A stretch of 58,765 bases of DNA. Origin: Faecousia sp. Its GTDB lineage: Bacteria > Bacillota > Clostridia > Oscillospirales > Oscillospiraceae. The stretch lies in the NCBI GenBank assembly GCA_045660725.1, contig JAZREG010000097.1, forward strand, positions 1 through 58,765, read 5' to 3'. Below the pieces are notes generated by a model. That model was not told the DNA's origin. It made no database searches and saw only the letters and a list, made by a program, of their open reading frames with translations. Of this stretch, positions 9,535 to 19,925 are shown in pieces. Within the stretch, counting starts at the first letter, position 1, and every line of letters starts with the position of its first letter. Made by a program: the position numbers and the translations under genes.

Positions 9535-10611
9535 ATGGAAATGGAAAAAGCCGCCTTTGCCTTCTGTCTGGAAGGCACACCTGTCGCTTGTGAACCCTTT
9601 GGTCACGGTCATATCAATGTGACCCTGAAGCTCACCACCGACACAGGAAACGAGTACATTCTGCAGAAGATCAACAACTATGTTTTTAAGGATCCGGTGC
9701 GGCTGATGGAGAATATCGTTGCCGTCACCTCCTTCCTCCGGGAAAAAGATCCCGATCCCAACCACGCCCTGCACTTCCTGCCCACCAAGGATGGCAAGTA
9801 CTGCCACCTGGACGAGGCCGGTCAGTATTGGCGAGCCTATCGGTTCGTCCCCGGCTTCAGCCTGGACGCCCCGGAAAGTGACGAGGATTTCTATCAGAGC
9901 GCCCTGGCCTTCGGTCGATTCCAGGGGCTGCTGGCCGACTTCCCCGCCCACACCCTGTTTGAGACCATCCCGGAATTCCACAACACCCCCGACCGCTACC
10001 GCCAGTTCAAGGCATCCGTAGCTGCGGATGTGATGGGCAGAGCCCATGAGGTGCAGCCGGAGATCGCCTTTGTTCTGGAGCGGGAAGAGATCTGCTCTAC
10101 CCTGCAGAATATGCGTCAGGACGGGCTGCTGCCTCTGCGGGTGACCCATAATGATACCAAGCTGAACAACGTACTGCTCAGCTGGGAAGACCGCACCGGC
10201 ATGTGCGTCCTGGATCTGGACACTGTGATGCCCGGCCTCAGCGCTCACGACTTCGGCGATTCCATCCGCTTTGGCGCTGCCACCGCGGTGGAGGATGAGA
10301 AGGACCTGAGCAAGATGACCCTGGACCTTAACCGCTTTGAGGTGTTCACCCGGGGCTTCCTCACCGCCGCCACCGCCCTGACCGACGCGGAAGTGGCCAT
10401 GCTGCCCATGGGCGCTCTGACCATGACCATGGAGGTGGGTCTGCGTTTCCTGAAGGATTACCTGGACGGCGATGTGTATTTCCGCACCGCCTACCCCGGC
10501 CACAACCTGGTCCGCTGCCGCACCCAGTTCAAGCTGGCCCAGGATATGCAGGACAAGTGGGATGATATGAACCGGATCGTGGCCAAGGTGGCCGCAGAGG
10601 TCCGTCAGTAA
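9535..10611 (+). CDS. APH/choline-kinase-fold phosphotransferase, N-acetylhexosamine 1-kinase-like
   Basis: FGHGHIN, YILQKIN, ETIPEFHNTP, RVTHNDTKLNN, LDLDTVMPG, DFGDSIR. Confidence 0.8.
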   Translation: MEMEKAAFAFCLEGTPVACEPFGHGHINVTLKLTTDTGNEYILQKINNYVFKDPVRLMENIVAVTSFLREKDPDPNHALHFLPTKDGKYCHLDEAGQYWRAYRFVPGFSLDAPESDEDFYQSALAFGRFQGLLADFPAHTLFETIPEFHNTPDRYRQFKASVAADVMGRAHEVQPEIAFVLEREEICSTLQNMRQDGLLPLRVTHNDTKLNNVLLSWEDRTGMCVLDLDTVMPGLSAHDFGDSIRFGAATAVEDEKDLSKMTLDLNRFEVFTRGFLTAATALTDAEVAMLPMGALTMTMEVGLRFLKDYLDGDVYFRTAYPGHNLVRCRTQFKLAQDMQDKWDDMNRIVAKVAAEVRQ

Positions 10612-10624
10612 AAAGGAGGATAAC

Positions 10625-12010
10625 ATGATGCAGCACTTGGGTATTTCCTTTGACATGAAGCACATCCCGGAGCTGGATCCCGGCTTCATCCCCTTTGGTG
10701 TTTGGGCCAACGAATACGAAAAAACCGCCACCGTTCCCGTGGCCATCGCTGTAGAGCGGGATAAGGGCCATGTTTCCGTCCGCCATACCAAGATCCACGG
10801 CACTGCGGAAATGGCCGAGGCCGACTACCGATACCTGGAGCGGTACATGAAGTTCCTGCTGTGGTCCATCGGCGGCTTCAAGGTATCCATTTGCGGCTGC
10901 TCCGCCATCACTCAGCGGATCCAGGCTGCCTACAGCCCCACCGGCGAGCGAGCCTTTGACTGCGACTTCTTCCAGAAGCTCTACGAGCGTCCCCTGGAGA
11001 TCTATGATCTGCCCCTGGAAGCCTGCCCCGAATCCAACGAAGAACCCCGCCCCATCGGCGGCCACACCGACGGCTGCCGCATCGGCTTCGATGCCGGCGG
11101 TTCCGACCGGAAGGTCTGCGCCGTGATCGATGGCGAAGTGGTCTACTCCGAAGAAGTGGTTTGGCATCCCAAGACCAACCCCGATCCCAACTATCAGTAC
11201 CAGGGCATCCTGGCCGCCTTCCGCACCGCCGCTTCCAAAATGCCCCGGGTAGACGGCATTGGCGTTTCCTCTGCCGGTGTGTTTATCGGCAACGCCCCCA
11301 TGATCTCCAGCATCTTCTACTGCGTCCCCCGGGATCGCTGGGAAGAGGTCAAGACCGTGTATGATCGGGCCGCTGCCGAGATCGGCGATGTGGCGGTGGG
11401 GGTAGCCAACGACGGTGACGTCACCGCCCTGGCCGGTGCCATGGGCATGAACTGCGGTTCCATCATGGGTCTTGCCATGGGCACCAGCGAAGCTGTTGGC
11501 TATGTGGACAAGGACAAGAACGTCCTGGGCTGGATCAGCGAGCTGGCCTTTGCCCCTGTAGATCTGAACGAGGAAGCCATGAAGGATGAATGGTCCACCG
11601 ATATCGGCGTGGGCTGCAAGTACTTCTCCCAGGACGCCGTCAACAAGCTGGCCCCCCGGGCAGGTATTGCCCTGGATGCGTCCCTGACCCCCGCGGAAAA
11701 GCTGAAGGTGGTCCAGGGGCTGATGGAGCAGGACGACCAGCGGGCCCAGAAGGTCTTCCGGGACATCGGTACCTACCTTGCCTACACCGTGGTGCTGTAT
11801 TCCAAGTTCTATGATATCCGCAACCTGATGATCCTGGGCCGGGTCATGTCCGGTAAGGGCGGCGAAATGATCCTCGCCACCTGCCAGGCTGTACTGAAGG
11901 ACGAATTCCCTGCACTGCATGAGAAGGTAACGGTGATGCTGCCCGACGAAAAGACCCGCCGGGTGGGTCAGTCCGTGGCCGCCGCCAGCCTGCCGGATAT
12001 CCGCAAATAA
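10625..12010 (+). CDS. ROK family sugar kinase-like protein
   Basis: IGFDAGGSDRK, IGVSSAG, ANDGDVTALAG, GLAMGTSE. Confidence 0.8.
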   Translation: MMQHLGISFDMKHIPELDPGFIPFGVWANEYEKTATVPVAIAVERDKGHVSVRHTKIHGTAEMAEADYRYLERYMKFLLWSIGGFKVSICGCSAITQRIQAAYSPTGERAFDCDFFQKLYERPLEIYDLPLEACPESNEEPRPIGGHTDGCRIGFDAGGSDRKVCAVIDGEVVYSEEVVWHPKTNPDPNYQYQGILAAFRTAASKMPRVDGIGVSSAGVFIGNAPMISSIFYCVPRDRWEEVKTVYDRAAAEIGDVAVGVANDGDVTALAGAMGMNCGSIMGLAMGTSEAVGYVDKDKNVLGWISELAFAPVDLNEEAMKDEWSTDIGVGCKYFSQDAVNKLAPRAGIALDASLTPAEKLKVVQGLMEQDDQRAQKVFRDIGTYLAYTVVLYSKFYDIRNLMILGRVMSGKGGEMILATCQAVLKDEFPALHEKVTVMLPDEKTRRVGQSVAAASLPDIRK

Positions 12011-12020
12011 CGCATTTTCA

Positions 12021-12055
12021 AAAGAACCTGCCACCCGGCAGGTTCTTTTCTTTTC
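12021..12055 (+). terminator. Intrinsic terminator
   Basis: AAGAACCTGCC/GGCAGGTTCTT stem followed by TTCTTTT. Confidence 0.7.
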
Positions 12056-12206
12056 CTATGCAAAACAGCAAAAACGCAGTGCATTTCGGTATTGACTTTC
12101 CCTTTTTATGGTGTAGTATGGAGCTATACAGCAAACTGGGAGATTCTGCGAATGCCCGATCCCCCGCCCCCTTCTCCAATAAATCGACACACAGGAGGAA
12201 ACCACA

Positions 12207-13334
12207 ATGTTTTACAAAAATGCCCGGATTTTTTGTTCCGATTTTCAGTTTCATATTGGCGCTTTTGAAGTAAAGGACGGCAAATTCGGTGCCGTTCTGC
12301 CGGAAACCGTTCCCGCCGACGCCATTGACCTGGAGGGCGCAACGGTCATTCCCGGTGTCATCGATTGCCACATCCACGGCAGCGCCGCCGCCGATGTTTC
12401 CGATGGCGATTATGAGGGTCTGAAGCGGATGGCCCGGTACCTGGCTACCAACGGTGTCACATCCTTCGCCCCCACCTCCATCACCCAGAGCTACGAGGTC
12501 CTGGAAAAGGCCTTCGTCAATGCCAAGAAGCTCCACGACGAGATGCCCTTCGGCTATGCCCGCCCCCTGGGCATCCACATGGAAGGCCCCTACTTCTCCT
12601 TCAAGAAAAAGGGTGCGCAGAACCCCGCGTTCCTGAAGGATCCGGATTTCGAGGGCTTCAAGAAGCTGTTTGATGCCTGCGACGGCTTTGTTGCCATTGC
12701 GGATGTTGCTCCGGAGCTGCCCGGTGCGGCAGAATTTGTAGAAAAGGCCAGCAAACTCTCCGTGGTCTCCGTGGCCCACAGCGACGCCGACTATGACAGC
12801 GCTAAGGAAGCTTTCTCCAAGCGCGCTACCCACCTGACCCACCTGTTCAACGCCATGCCCGGTATCCATCACCGGAACCCCGGCGTGATCCCCGCCGCTG
12901 TGGAAAATCCCAAGGTCCGGGCAGAACTGATCTGCGACGGTCTGCATGTCCACCCCGCCTCCGTGCGGCTGGCTTTCTCCATGTTCGGCGCCCACCGCAT
13001 CGTGCTGATCTCCGACTGCCTGCGGGCCTGCGGTATGCCTGACGGCGAATGCGACCTGGGCGGCCTCACCGGCTATATTTCCGGCGGCGTGGCCCGGCTG
13101 GCAGACGGCACCATCGCCGGCGCCATCACAAACCTGTTCCAGGGTATGCGCAACGCCATTCTCTTTGGTATCCCTGAGTGCGATGCCGTCCGTGCCGCCA
13201 CCTATAACCCCGCCTGCGCCCTGGGTGTCCAAGACAAGATCGGCTCCATCGCCCCCGGCAAGATCGCTGACTTTGTGATCTGCCGCAGCGACTATACCGG
13301 CATCCGTGTCTTCCAGGGAGGCGCGGAACTCTAA
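12207..13334 (+). CDS. nagA: N-acetylglucosamine-6-phosphate deacetylase
   Basis: PGVIDCHIHG, GIHMEGPY, KKGAQ, THLFNAM, LICDGLHVHP, GTIAG. Confidence 0.93.
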   Translation: MFYKNARIFCSDFQFHIGAFEVKDGKFGAVLPETVPADAIDLEGATVIPGVIDCHIHGSAAADVSDGDYEGLKRMARYLATNGVTSFAPTSITQSYEVLEKAFVNAKKLHDEMPFGYARPLGIHMEGPYFSFKKKGAQNPAFLKDPDFEGFKKLFDACDGFVAIADVAPELPGAAEFVEKASKLSVVSVAHSDADYDSAKEAFSKRATHLTHLFNAMPGIHHRNPGVIPAAVENPKVRAELICDGLHVHPASVRLAFSMFGAHRIVLISDCLRACGMPDGECDLGGLTGYISGGVARLADGTIAGAITNLFQGMRNAILFGIPECDAVRAATYNPACALGVQDKIGSIAPGKIADFVICRSDYTGIRVFQGGAEL

Positions 13335-13355
13335 CAATCACCACAGGAGGCTCGA

Positions 13356-14741
13356 ATGCTTCATAAATACATCGGCGACAAGGCGTTCTATCGGCGGATC
13401 GCCGTAGTCGCCCTGCCCATCATTATTCAAAACGCCATCACCAACTTCGTTTCCCTGCTGGACAACATCATGGTCGGCCAAACCGGCACCGTGCAGATGA
13501 GCGGCGTAGCCATCATCAACCAGCTGATGTTTATTTTCTACCTGTGCATTTTCGGCGCCATGGCCGGTGCGGGCATCTTCTCCGCCCAGTTCCACGGCTC
13601 CGGTGACCAGGAGGGTATCCGCAGGACCTTCCGGTTTAAGTTCCTGGCAGGCCTCCTGCTGGGGATCGCCGGCATTGCGCTGTTCTATTTCGCGGACGAG
13701 GCCCTGATCCGGCTGTACCTGCAAAGCGACAGCGACCCTGCCGAGCAGTTGCTGACCTTGCAGTACGGCAAGGAGTACCTGCGGGTGATGCTTTGGGGCT
13801 TGCTCCCCTTTGCCCTGGGCAACGCCTACTCCAGCACCCTGCGGGAAACGGGAAAGACCTCCGTCCCCATGGCCGCCAGCGTCACCGCGGTGCTGGTCAA
13901 CCTGATTCTGAACTACATCCTGATCTTCGGCCACTTCGGCGCCCCCGCCATGGGCGTCAAGGGCGCTGCCCTGGCCACCGTGATCTCCCGGTATGTGGAA
14001 ATGGCCATCGTCATGGTCTGGACGCACCTGAAGCCCCAGCAAAATCCCTACATCGTGGGTGTCTACCGTTCCATGTACATCCACGCCGGCCTTCTGAAGA
14101 ACATCTTCCGGAAGGGTATGCCGCTGCTCATTAACGAATTTCTGTTTGCCCTGGGCTGCGCTGTGGTCAACCAGTGCTATTCCACCCGAGGCCTGGATGT
14201 GCTGGCCGCCATTAACATCAGCAGCACGGTATACAGCATCTGCAGCGTGATCTATATGTCCATGGGCAACACCATCGGCATCATCATGGGACAGATGATG
14301 GGCTCCGGCAATACCAAGACCGTGATCCGGGACAGCTTCAACAAGATGACGCTCCTGTCCATCGCCTCCAGCGCGGCATTTTCCCTGATCCTGGTGGTGC
14401 TGTCCGGCCTCTATCCCATGCTTTACAACACCACCGACAGCGTCCGCGCCCTGTCCACCCAGATCATCCTGGTCATGGCAGCGATGATGCCCTTCCACGG
14501 ATATATCCACGCGGTATATTTCGCCATGCGCTCCGGCGGCAAGACCGGCATCACCTTCCTCTTCGACAGCGGCTATATTTGGATCATTATGGTGCCCCTG
14601 GCGTACCTGCTGAGCCGTTTTACCGCCGTCCCGATCCTGGCGCTCTACGCCATTGTCAACGGTGCAGAGGCCGTCAAGGCCCTGGTAGGCTGGCTTATGA
14701 TCCGCAAGGACAACTGGATCCAGGACCTGACCAAGATATGA
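13356..14741 (+). CDS. MATE family efflux transporter
   Basis: ALPIIIQN...DNIMVG and GAPAMGVKGAALATVISR; about 12 TM helices. Confidence 0.9.
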   Translation: MLHKYIGDKAFYRRIAVVALPIIIQNAITNFVSLLDNIMVGQTGTVQMSGVAIINQLMFIFYLCIFGAMAGAGIFSAQFHGSGDQEGIRRTFRFKFLAGLLLGIAGIALFYFADEALIRLYLQSDSDPAEQLLTLQYGKEYLRVMLWGLLPFALGNAYSSTLRETGKTSVPMAASVTAVLVNLILNYILIFGHFGAPAMGVKGAALATVISRYVEMAIVMVWTHLKPQQNPYIVGVYRSMYIHAGLLKNIFRKGMPLLINEFLFALGCAVVNQCYSTRGLDVLAAINISSTVYSICSVIYMSMGNTIGIIMGQMMGSGNTKTVIRDSFNKMTLLSIASSAAFSLILVVLSGLYPMLYNTTDSVRALSTQIILVMAAMMPFHGYIHAVYFAMRSGGKTGITFLFDSGYIWIIMVPLAYLLSRFTAVPILALYAIVNGAEAVKALVGWLMIRKDNWIQDLTKI

Positions 14742-14772
14742 AAAAAACAGGCAGCATCGCTGCCTGTTTTTT
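14741..14772. terminator. Bidirectional terminator
   Basis: AAAAAAACAGGCAGC-ATC-GCTGCCTGTTTTTTT between convergent genes. Confidence 0.8.
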
Positions 14773-15860
14773 TATCGCATCTGCAAACTGTTATTCAGCA
14801 CCAGGGTGCTGTACAGAAACAGCACATCCTGTCCGTGGAAGTCAATAAACCGATCCAGCATTGCCGAGGACACATACCGCAGATCCACCAGGGTGATGGT
14901 CTTGTAGCCCTGCACCAGCAGCGGCGCCAGGGAACTGCCAAAGGAATCCCGGAACAGGATCAGCTCCCGATCCGTGGTAGCCTGGGGGTTTTCGATCCGC
15001 AGCATAGACACCGGCCCGGAGAGGAATACCTCGTAAAGGTCCGCGCTGTCCAGCTTGGTCAGGTCGTAAACCTGTGCGTATTTGCCCGTTTCAAAATTGT
15101 ACACCCGGCATTGGCTCAGGGTCGGGCTTTCCAGATACCGCAGGGTATCCGGCTCCATGGGCAGCGCCGCCTGACCGTAATAGACCCCATGGAAGGGTTT
15201 CTCCAACTCCCGCACTGCAAAATCCTCTGCCCTGGGTGCTGTGACCCCCATCGCCTGGCACAGACTTTGGGCTACCGGCAGCAGCTGCTCCTGGCGCCAA
15301 TGGGTGTCCGTCCGGTAGTAGTCCTGGGGACTTAGCTTTTCCATAAGGTTTACATAACTCACCGTTGGCAGATAGGATTCCAGGGTTTGGGCCAGGGCTT
15401 TATAATCCATGGCCGGGTAACCGTTGGCCCCTGCCAGGTAGTAGCCCTTGTCCGGCACCAAAGCAAAATACACCTTGCTATCCTGCAGGTATCGCTCCGC
15501 CACCTTGGCAAACAGCTGCGCCGCATGGGTCACGGAGTTCTCCGCCAGGGGGTACTCCAGCTTTGCCGCCTGGCCATCTACCAGGTAAATGCCGTTATTG
15601 TCCTTTTGGTTCAGCACATTGTAGTGGACCAGGGCCTTCAGGGTGCGAAAACCATCCCGCAGGGGGAACTGATCCAGGGTGAAATCCTCAAACTCCGTCA
15701 TGAAGCTGCCGTCCAGGAGCTTTTCCGCCCGCAATTGGGGCATCTGTGCCAGGGGTCTGCGCTCAGAGACCGAGACCGCGTCACTGGGTCGCAGCCAGCA
15801 CCAAATCGCCAGGCCCAGCCACAATCCAATCACAGGCAGCGCCCACCATTTTCCTTTCAT
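14772..15860 (-). CDS. DHHW-family (AlgJ/PatB-like SGNH) O-acetyltransferase partner
   Basis: SERRPLAQMP, DQFPLRD, YYRTDTHW, FRDSFG; directly downstream of the MBOAT gene. Confidence 0.85.
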   Translation of the reverse strand: MKGKWWALPVIGLWLGLAIWCWLRPSDAVSVSERRPLAQMPQLRAEKLLDGSFMTEFEDFTLDQFPLRDGFRTLKALVHYNVLNQKDNNGIYLVDGQAAKLEYPLAENSVTHAAQLFAKVAERYLQDSKVYFALVPDKGYYLAGANGYPAMDYKALAQTLESYLPTVSYVNLMEKLSPQDYYRTDTHWRQEQLLPVAQSLCQAMGVTAPRAEDFAVRELEKPFHGVYYGQAALPMEPDTLRYLESPTLSQCRVYNFETGKYAQVYDLTKLDSADLYEVFLSGPVSMLRIENPQATTDRELILFRDSFGSSLAPLLVQGYKTITLVDLRYVSSAMLDRFIDFHGQDVLFLYSTLVLNNSLQMR

Positions 15861-15872
15861 CGCGCCACCCCC

Positions 15873-17246
15873 TTAGAACCGGAAATACAGGAACGGATTG
15901 AAAGAGCCGTCCACCAGGTACGCTGTGCAGACCAGCAGCAGCGCCGCGGCCACAGCCAGCCGCAGCCCGGAACTTACCACGGTTTTGTTCAGCCGCACCG
16001 CGCAATCGCGCACCAGGGGCGTTGCCCCCACCCCGGCGGTAATGAGCAGCGGCAAATAACTGCGCAGGTAGTACACCGCCTCCCGGCTGTAAAGGGGTGC
16101 GTCAACGCCAAACATTCCGCCCATATCCGCCAGAGCCTGGGCCATATCCCGGGCGTTAAAAATCACAAAGCTCAAAACGATCACCAGCAGCACATAGCCG
16201 TGGCGCAGTACCCCCGGCAGTTTGGACAGCAGCGGCACCCATTTTTCCAGCAGCAGGAACACCGCGAACAGCAGCCCCCACACCACAAAATTCCAGGCCG
16301 CCCCATGCCACAGGCCGGTGAGCATCCACACCACCAGGATATTGAACACCCAGCGCAGCTTCCCTACCCGGTTGCCGCCCAGGGGGATATACACATAGTC
16401 CCGGAACCAGCCGCCCAGGGTCATATGCCACCGGCGCCAAAATTCCGTAATGCTCCGGGAAATATAGGGATAATCAAAGTTTTTGGGGAACCGGAAGCCC
16501 AAAATTCTGCCCAGGCCCACCGCCATATCGCTGTAGCCGGAGAAATCATAGTAAATGTGCAGGGCAAACGCGATGGCGTAAAGCCAGTAAAACAGCACTG
16601 ATTTCTCCCCGGAGGCACGGAAAATCTCCGTCAGCTCCCCCAATGGATTGGCGATCAGCACCTTCTTCCCCAGGCCCACCAGGAAACCGAACAGGCCCCG
16701 GGAAATATCCTCCCAGTTGGTCCGGCGGCTTTCCAGCGCCCGATCCACATCCACATACCGGACGATGGGGCCGGCGATGAGCTGGGGGAACATGGACACA
16801 TAGGCGCCAAAGCGAATAGGATCCTTTTGCGCCTTGGCCTCCCCCCGGTACACATCCACCGCATAACTGATGCACTGGAAGGTGTAAAAGCTGATGCCGA
16901 TGGGCAGCGCCAGCTTCAGTAGCGGCAGGGACATCCCCGTCAGCACATTCCAGTTTTCCAGGGCAAAGTCGGCGTATTTGAATACCGCCAACAGCGCCAC
17001 CCCGGTGATCACCGCCAGGGTCAGCCACAGTTTTTTATGGCGACACCGCTCAATGGCCAGGCCGTAGCCGTAAAAGGCAAGAATCGAGCCCACCATCAGC
17101 ACCACGTACCGAGGCTCGCCCCAGGCGTAAAACACCAAGCTCGCCAGCAGAAGCCAGCCGTTGCGCCAGGAGCGGGGGATCAAAAAGTAGACCCCCAACA
17201 CCACAGGCAAAAAGTAAAACAAAAACGGAATTCCGGAAAAAAGCAT
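15873..17246 (-). CDS. MBOAT O-acyltransferase (AlgI/DltB-like)
   Basis: LPIGISFYTFQ, FPQLIAGPI, DFSGYSDMA, FWRRWHMTL, GLWHGA, FNPFLYFRF. Confidence 0.93.
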   Translation of the reverse strand: MLFSGIPFLFYFLPVVLGVYFLIPRSWRNGWLLLASLVFYAWGEPRYVVLMVGSILAFYGYGLAIERCRHKKLWLTLAVITGVALLAVFKYADFALENWNVLTGMSLPLLKLALPIGISFYTFQCISYAVDVYRGEAKAQKDPIRFGAYVSMFPQLIAGPIVRYVDVDRALESRRTNWEDISRGLFGFLVGLGKKVLIANPLGELTEIFRASGEKSVLFYWLYAIAFALHIYYDFSGYSDMAVGLGRILGFRFPKNFDYPYISRSITEFWRRWHMTLGGWFRDYVYIPLGGNRVGKLRWVFNILVVWMLTGLWHGAAWNFVVWGLLFAVFLLLEKWVPLLSKLPGVLRHGYVLLVIVLSFVIFNARDMAQALADMGGMFGVDAPLYSREAVYYLRSYLPLLITAGVGATPLVRDCAVRLNKTVVSSGLRLAVAAALLLVCTAYLVDGSFNPFLYFRF

Positions 17247-17285
17247 GCTTTTCCTCCATGTACCAGGCGGCAAGCCGCCTGCTTG

Positions 17286-17912
17286 TTAGCCGACTACGGC
17301 TTCCTGATAAAGAATACGGATGTTGGGGTAAGCTTCTTTCATGTGATTCTCAAAGATGTCCATGGCGTCGTTGCTTCCAAAGGCCATCAGCACCCGGCCC
17401 TGCTCCGGTACAGCCATGACCATCCGGTCAGGCTGGCCGCAGATCCACCGGTTCTGCCGAATGGCATCCCGCCAGCTTTCCGCAAACGCCCCCAGCTGAG
17501 CCACGTCGGACAGCTCCACCACCGCGGCGGTGAAAATATTACTGTTCATCATGTGCACCAGGGAAGCCGCATCCTCCAGCTGCTCCACCCGGTCACTGGG
17601 GATCAGATATTTGCCCGTCAATTCATCGATATTCCCCAGGTCCAGGTCACCGGGGGCATCGCTGATGGAATGCTCCACGGTACCGCCGTAAGAGGCAAAC
17701 CGTTCCTCCTGGGCATAGCGATTCCAAATGGCGGCCAAAAGTTCCGCGCTTTTTGTATCCGAAGTCCCAGGGGTGGTGACCACGGGCGTGGGTAGGGGTG
17801 CCGTCGTAGTGGACGGATCTGCGGTAGTCGTATTGGGGGTTTGTCTGCGGCAGCCGGCCAACAAAGTCAGCAGCAGGCTGATACACAGCAAAACGGTTAC
17901 AAGCTTCATCAT
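17286..17912 (-). CDS. Lipoprotein of the MBOAT/DHHW operon
   Basis: Signal peptide with lipobox LLAGC, Thr/Pro-rich linker, HMMNSNIFT and RWICGQPD. Confidence 0.65.
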   Translation of the reverse strand: MMKLVTVLLCISLLLTLLAGCRRQTPNTTTADPSTTTAPLPTPVVTTPGTSDTKSAELLAAIWNRYAQEERFASYGGTVEHSISDAPGDLDLGNIDELTGKYLIPSDRVEQLEDAASLVHMMNSNIFTAAVVELSDVAQLGAFAESWRDAIRQNRWICGQPDRMVMAVPEQGRVLMAFGSNDAMDIFENHMKEAYPNIRILYQEAVVG

Positions 17913-18048
17913 TACTTCCTCCTATTTGTCTGCTCTCCCTCATTTTACCCCCAAAAGACGGGTTTCATTCCCATTTCCTTCGGAGCTATGGACAATTTTC
18001 CGATTCTATGCTATGATTAAGAAAAATATGATCCGGGAGGTATCCTGA

Positions 18049-18465
18049 ATGTATTGCAAGAATTGCGGCGCCCGATTGGAAGAAGAGGCAAAAACCTGCG
18101 GAACCTGCGGTTTTACCCGCGGCAACGGCCTGAGCTACTGCCCCGCCTGCGGTAAAAAAACAGAAAAAGGCGACGAGAGCTGCCGTTACTGCGGCGCAGC
18201 CATCTACAGCATGCGCAGCGAGAATGGCAAAAGCCGCGCCCTGGCCGGCTGGCTGGCGGTCTTCCTCGGTTTCCTGGGTATCCACAATTATTACCTGGGG
18301 TATTTCAAAAAGGGCCTGATGCAAATGATTCTGTCGCTGCTGGCCTCCATCCTCTCCCTTGGCTACGCCCTGCCCATCGTGTGGCTTTGGGGCTTTGTCG
18401 ACGGCTTCCGGATCCTGCGGGGATATGTCCGGGTGGATGCCCGGGGACGGTTTTTGAACGATTGA
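18049..18465 (+). CDS. Zinc-ribbon + TM2 domain protein
   Basis: Four CxxC motifs, then KSRALAGWLAVFLGFLGIHNYYLG. Confidence 0.85.
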   Translation: MYCKNCGARLEEEAKTCGTCGFTRGNGLSYCPACGKKTEKGDESCRYCGAAIYSMRSENGKSRALAGWLAVFLGFLGIHNYYLGYFKKGLMQMILSLLASILSLGYALPIVWLWGFVDGFRILRGYVRVDARGRFLND

Positions 18466-18467
18466 CC

Positions 18468-18503
18468 AAAAGATCACGCATCGAAGGATGCGTGATCTTT
18501 TTT
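18468..18503. terminator. Bidirectional terminator
   Basis: AAAAGATCACGCATC-GAAG-GATGCGTGATCTTTT. Confidence 0.8.
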
Positions 18504-19782
18504 ATTCTTCATCCAGCATGATCTTCAGAATGGTGCGGTCCGTTTCCCGCATGCCCTCCCGGGCAAGACGGCCCACATTTTGCACGGTATTATCTACGCC
18601 CTTGGTGACGATGCCGTCACCGCCGTAGAACTGCTGATGCTCCTGATACATCTCCCAGCCCAGGATGCCCGCATCCACCGCCGCGGCGATCTTTGCGGCA
18701 CAGGAGGGCTTGGCGCCGTCACAAATGGTGCCGGAGAGGATGGCAATGGCATTGACCACCGTGTGGGCCACCGCATGGAGCCGGCCACCCTGCAGATACG
18801 CAATGCCGGCACCCGCGCCGCAGCCGGCGCTGATGGCGCCGCAATAGGCGGAAAGTCTGCCGATGCCCTTCTTCTGATGCACCGTCACCAGGTCGCTCAG
18901 GGTCACTGCCCGGAACAGTTCTTCTTCGGTAGCGCCCAGGGCTTCGGCGTACACCGCCACGGGAACGCTGGCGGTAATGCCCTGGTTGCCGCTGCCGGAT
19001 AGGATGATCACCGGCATCTCACAGCCGCTCATCCGGGCATCCGATCCTGCCGCCGCATAGGCTGCCGCCTGCTTGCACAGCAGTGCGCCCTGGCGATTGA
19101 GCAGCACGGAGCCAATGTTGGCGCCCCAAGACCCGGAAATGCCCTCCCGGGCGATGGCCATGTTGTATTCGATCTGCCGGCCCACGCAATCCCGGACATC
19201 CTCCGGATCCAGGCAATCAGCAAAGGCCACGATCCCCTCCATATTCAGGCAGGACTTGTCCGTCAACCGGTCCTCCGAGGCCTCGGCCACCGGAAGATCC
19301 AGCAGCACCTGGCCATTTTTCTCCATATACACCACATTGGTGTGGTGATTGACGATCCGCAGGCGCACCTGCTGCCCTTCCGTGTACAGACGCAGGTCGA
19401 TATCAAACACCAAGTCCGAATCCGCACCCCGGATCTCCACCGTGGCCGTTTGCAGGAACTGCCCGATCTGCTGGCGCTGCTGCTCCGTAACGGTGCTGAT
19501 GACCTCCAGCACTTTATCTGCGTCACCGGCCACGATACCGGCGCATACCGCCGGGCCAATGCCATGGAGGCCGCCGGTGTTGGGTACGATGACGCTTTTT
19601 ACATTCTTGATGATATTGCCGCTGACAGCGACCTCTACCCGCTGGGGCAGACACCCCAGCAGCTGCCGGGCCTTGGCGCCGGCATAGGCCAGGGCGATCG
19701 GCTCGGTGCAGCCCATGGCAGGGCGCAGCTCCTCCCGGAGGATATTCAGATATTGCTGATAAAGATGATCGCCTTTTTTCAT
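18502..19782 (-). CDS. Serine dehydratase-alpha-like / L-cysteine desulfidase family (UPF0597)
   Basis: PAMGCTEP, SDARMSGC, SGSGNQG, GRLSAYCGA, CDGAKPSCA. Confidence 0.85.
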   Translation of the reverse strand: MKKGDHLYQQYLNILREELRPAMGCTEPIALAYAGAKARQLLGCLPQRVEVAVSGNIIKNVKSVIVPNTGGLHGIGPAVCAGIVAGDADKVLEVISTVTEQQRQQIGQFLQTATVEIRGADSDLVFDIDLRLYTEGQQVRLRIVNHHTNVVYMEKNGQVLLDLPVAEASEDRLTDKSCLNMEGIVAFADCLDPEDVRDCVGRQIEYNMAIAREGISGSWGANIGSVLLNRQGALLCKQAAAYAAAGSDARMSGCEMPVIILSGSGNQGITASVPVAVYAEALGATEEELFRAVTLSDLVTVHQKKGIGRLSAYCGAISAGCGAGAGIAYLQGGRLHAVAHTVVNAIAILSGTICDGAKPSCAAKIAAAVDAGILGWEMYQEHQQFYGGDGIVTKGVDNTVQNVGRLAREGMRETDRTILKIMLDEE

Positions 19783-19925
19783 AGGGGCTTCCTCCCTGTT
19801 TCGTTGGCATCATTGTAGCACCTTTTCGACAAATTGTAAATGAAAACTCTTTTTCTTTTAAAAGCCTTTGTATTTTGCCGCCCCCTGTGCTACAATGTTT
19901 TCAGAACATATTGGAGGAGACCCCT

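Noticed and set aside
9535-10611. Aminoglycoside-resistance phosphotransferase
   Set aside because: The motifs and the nagA/ROK context fit the sugar-kinase branch of this fold.
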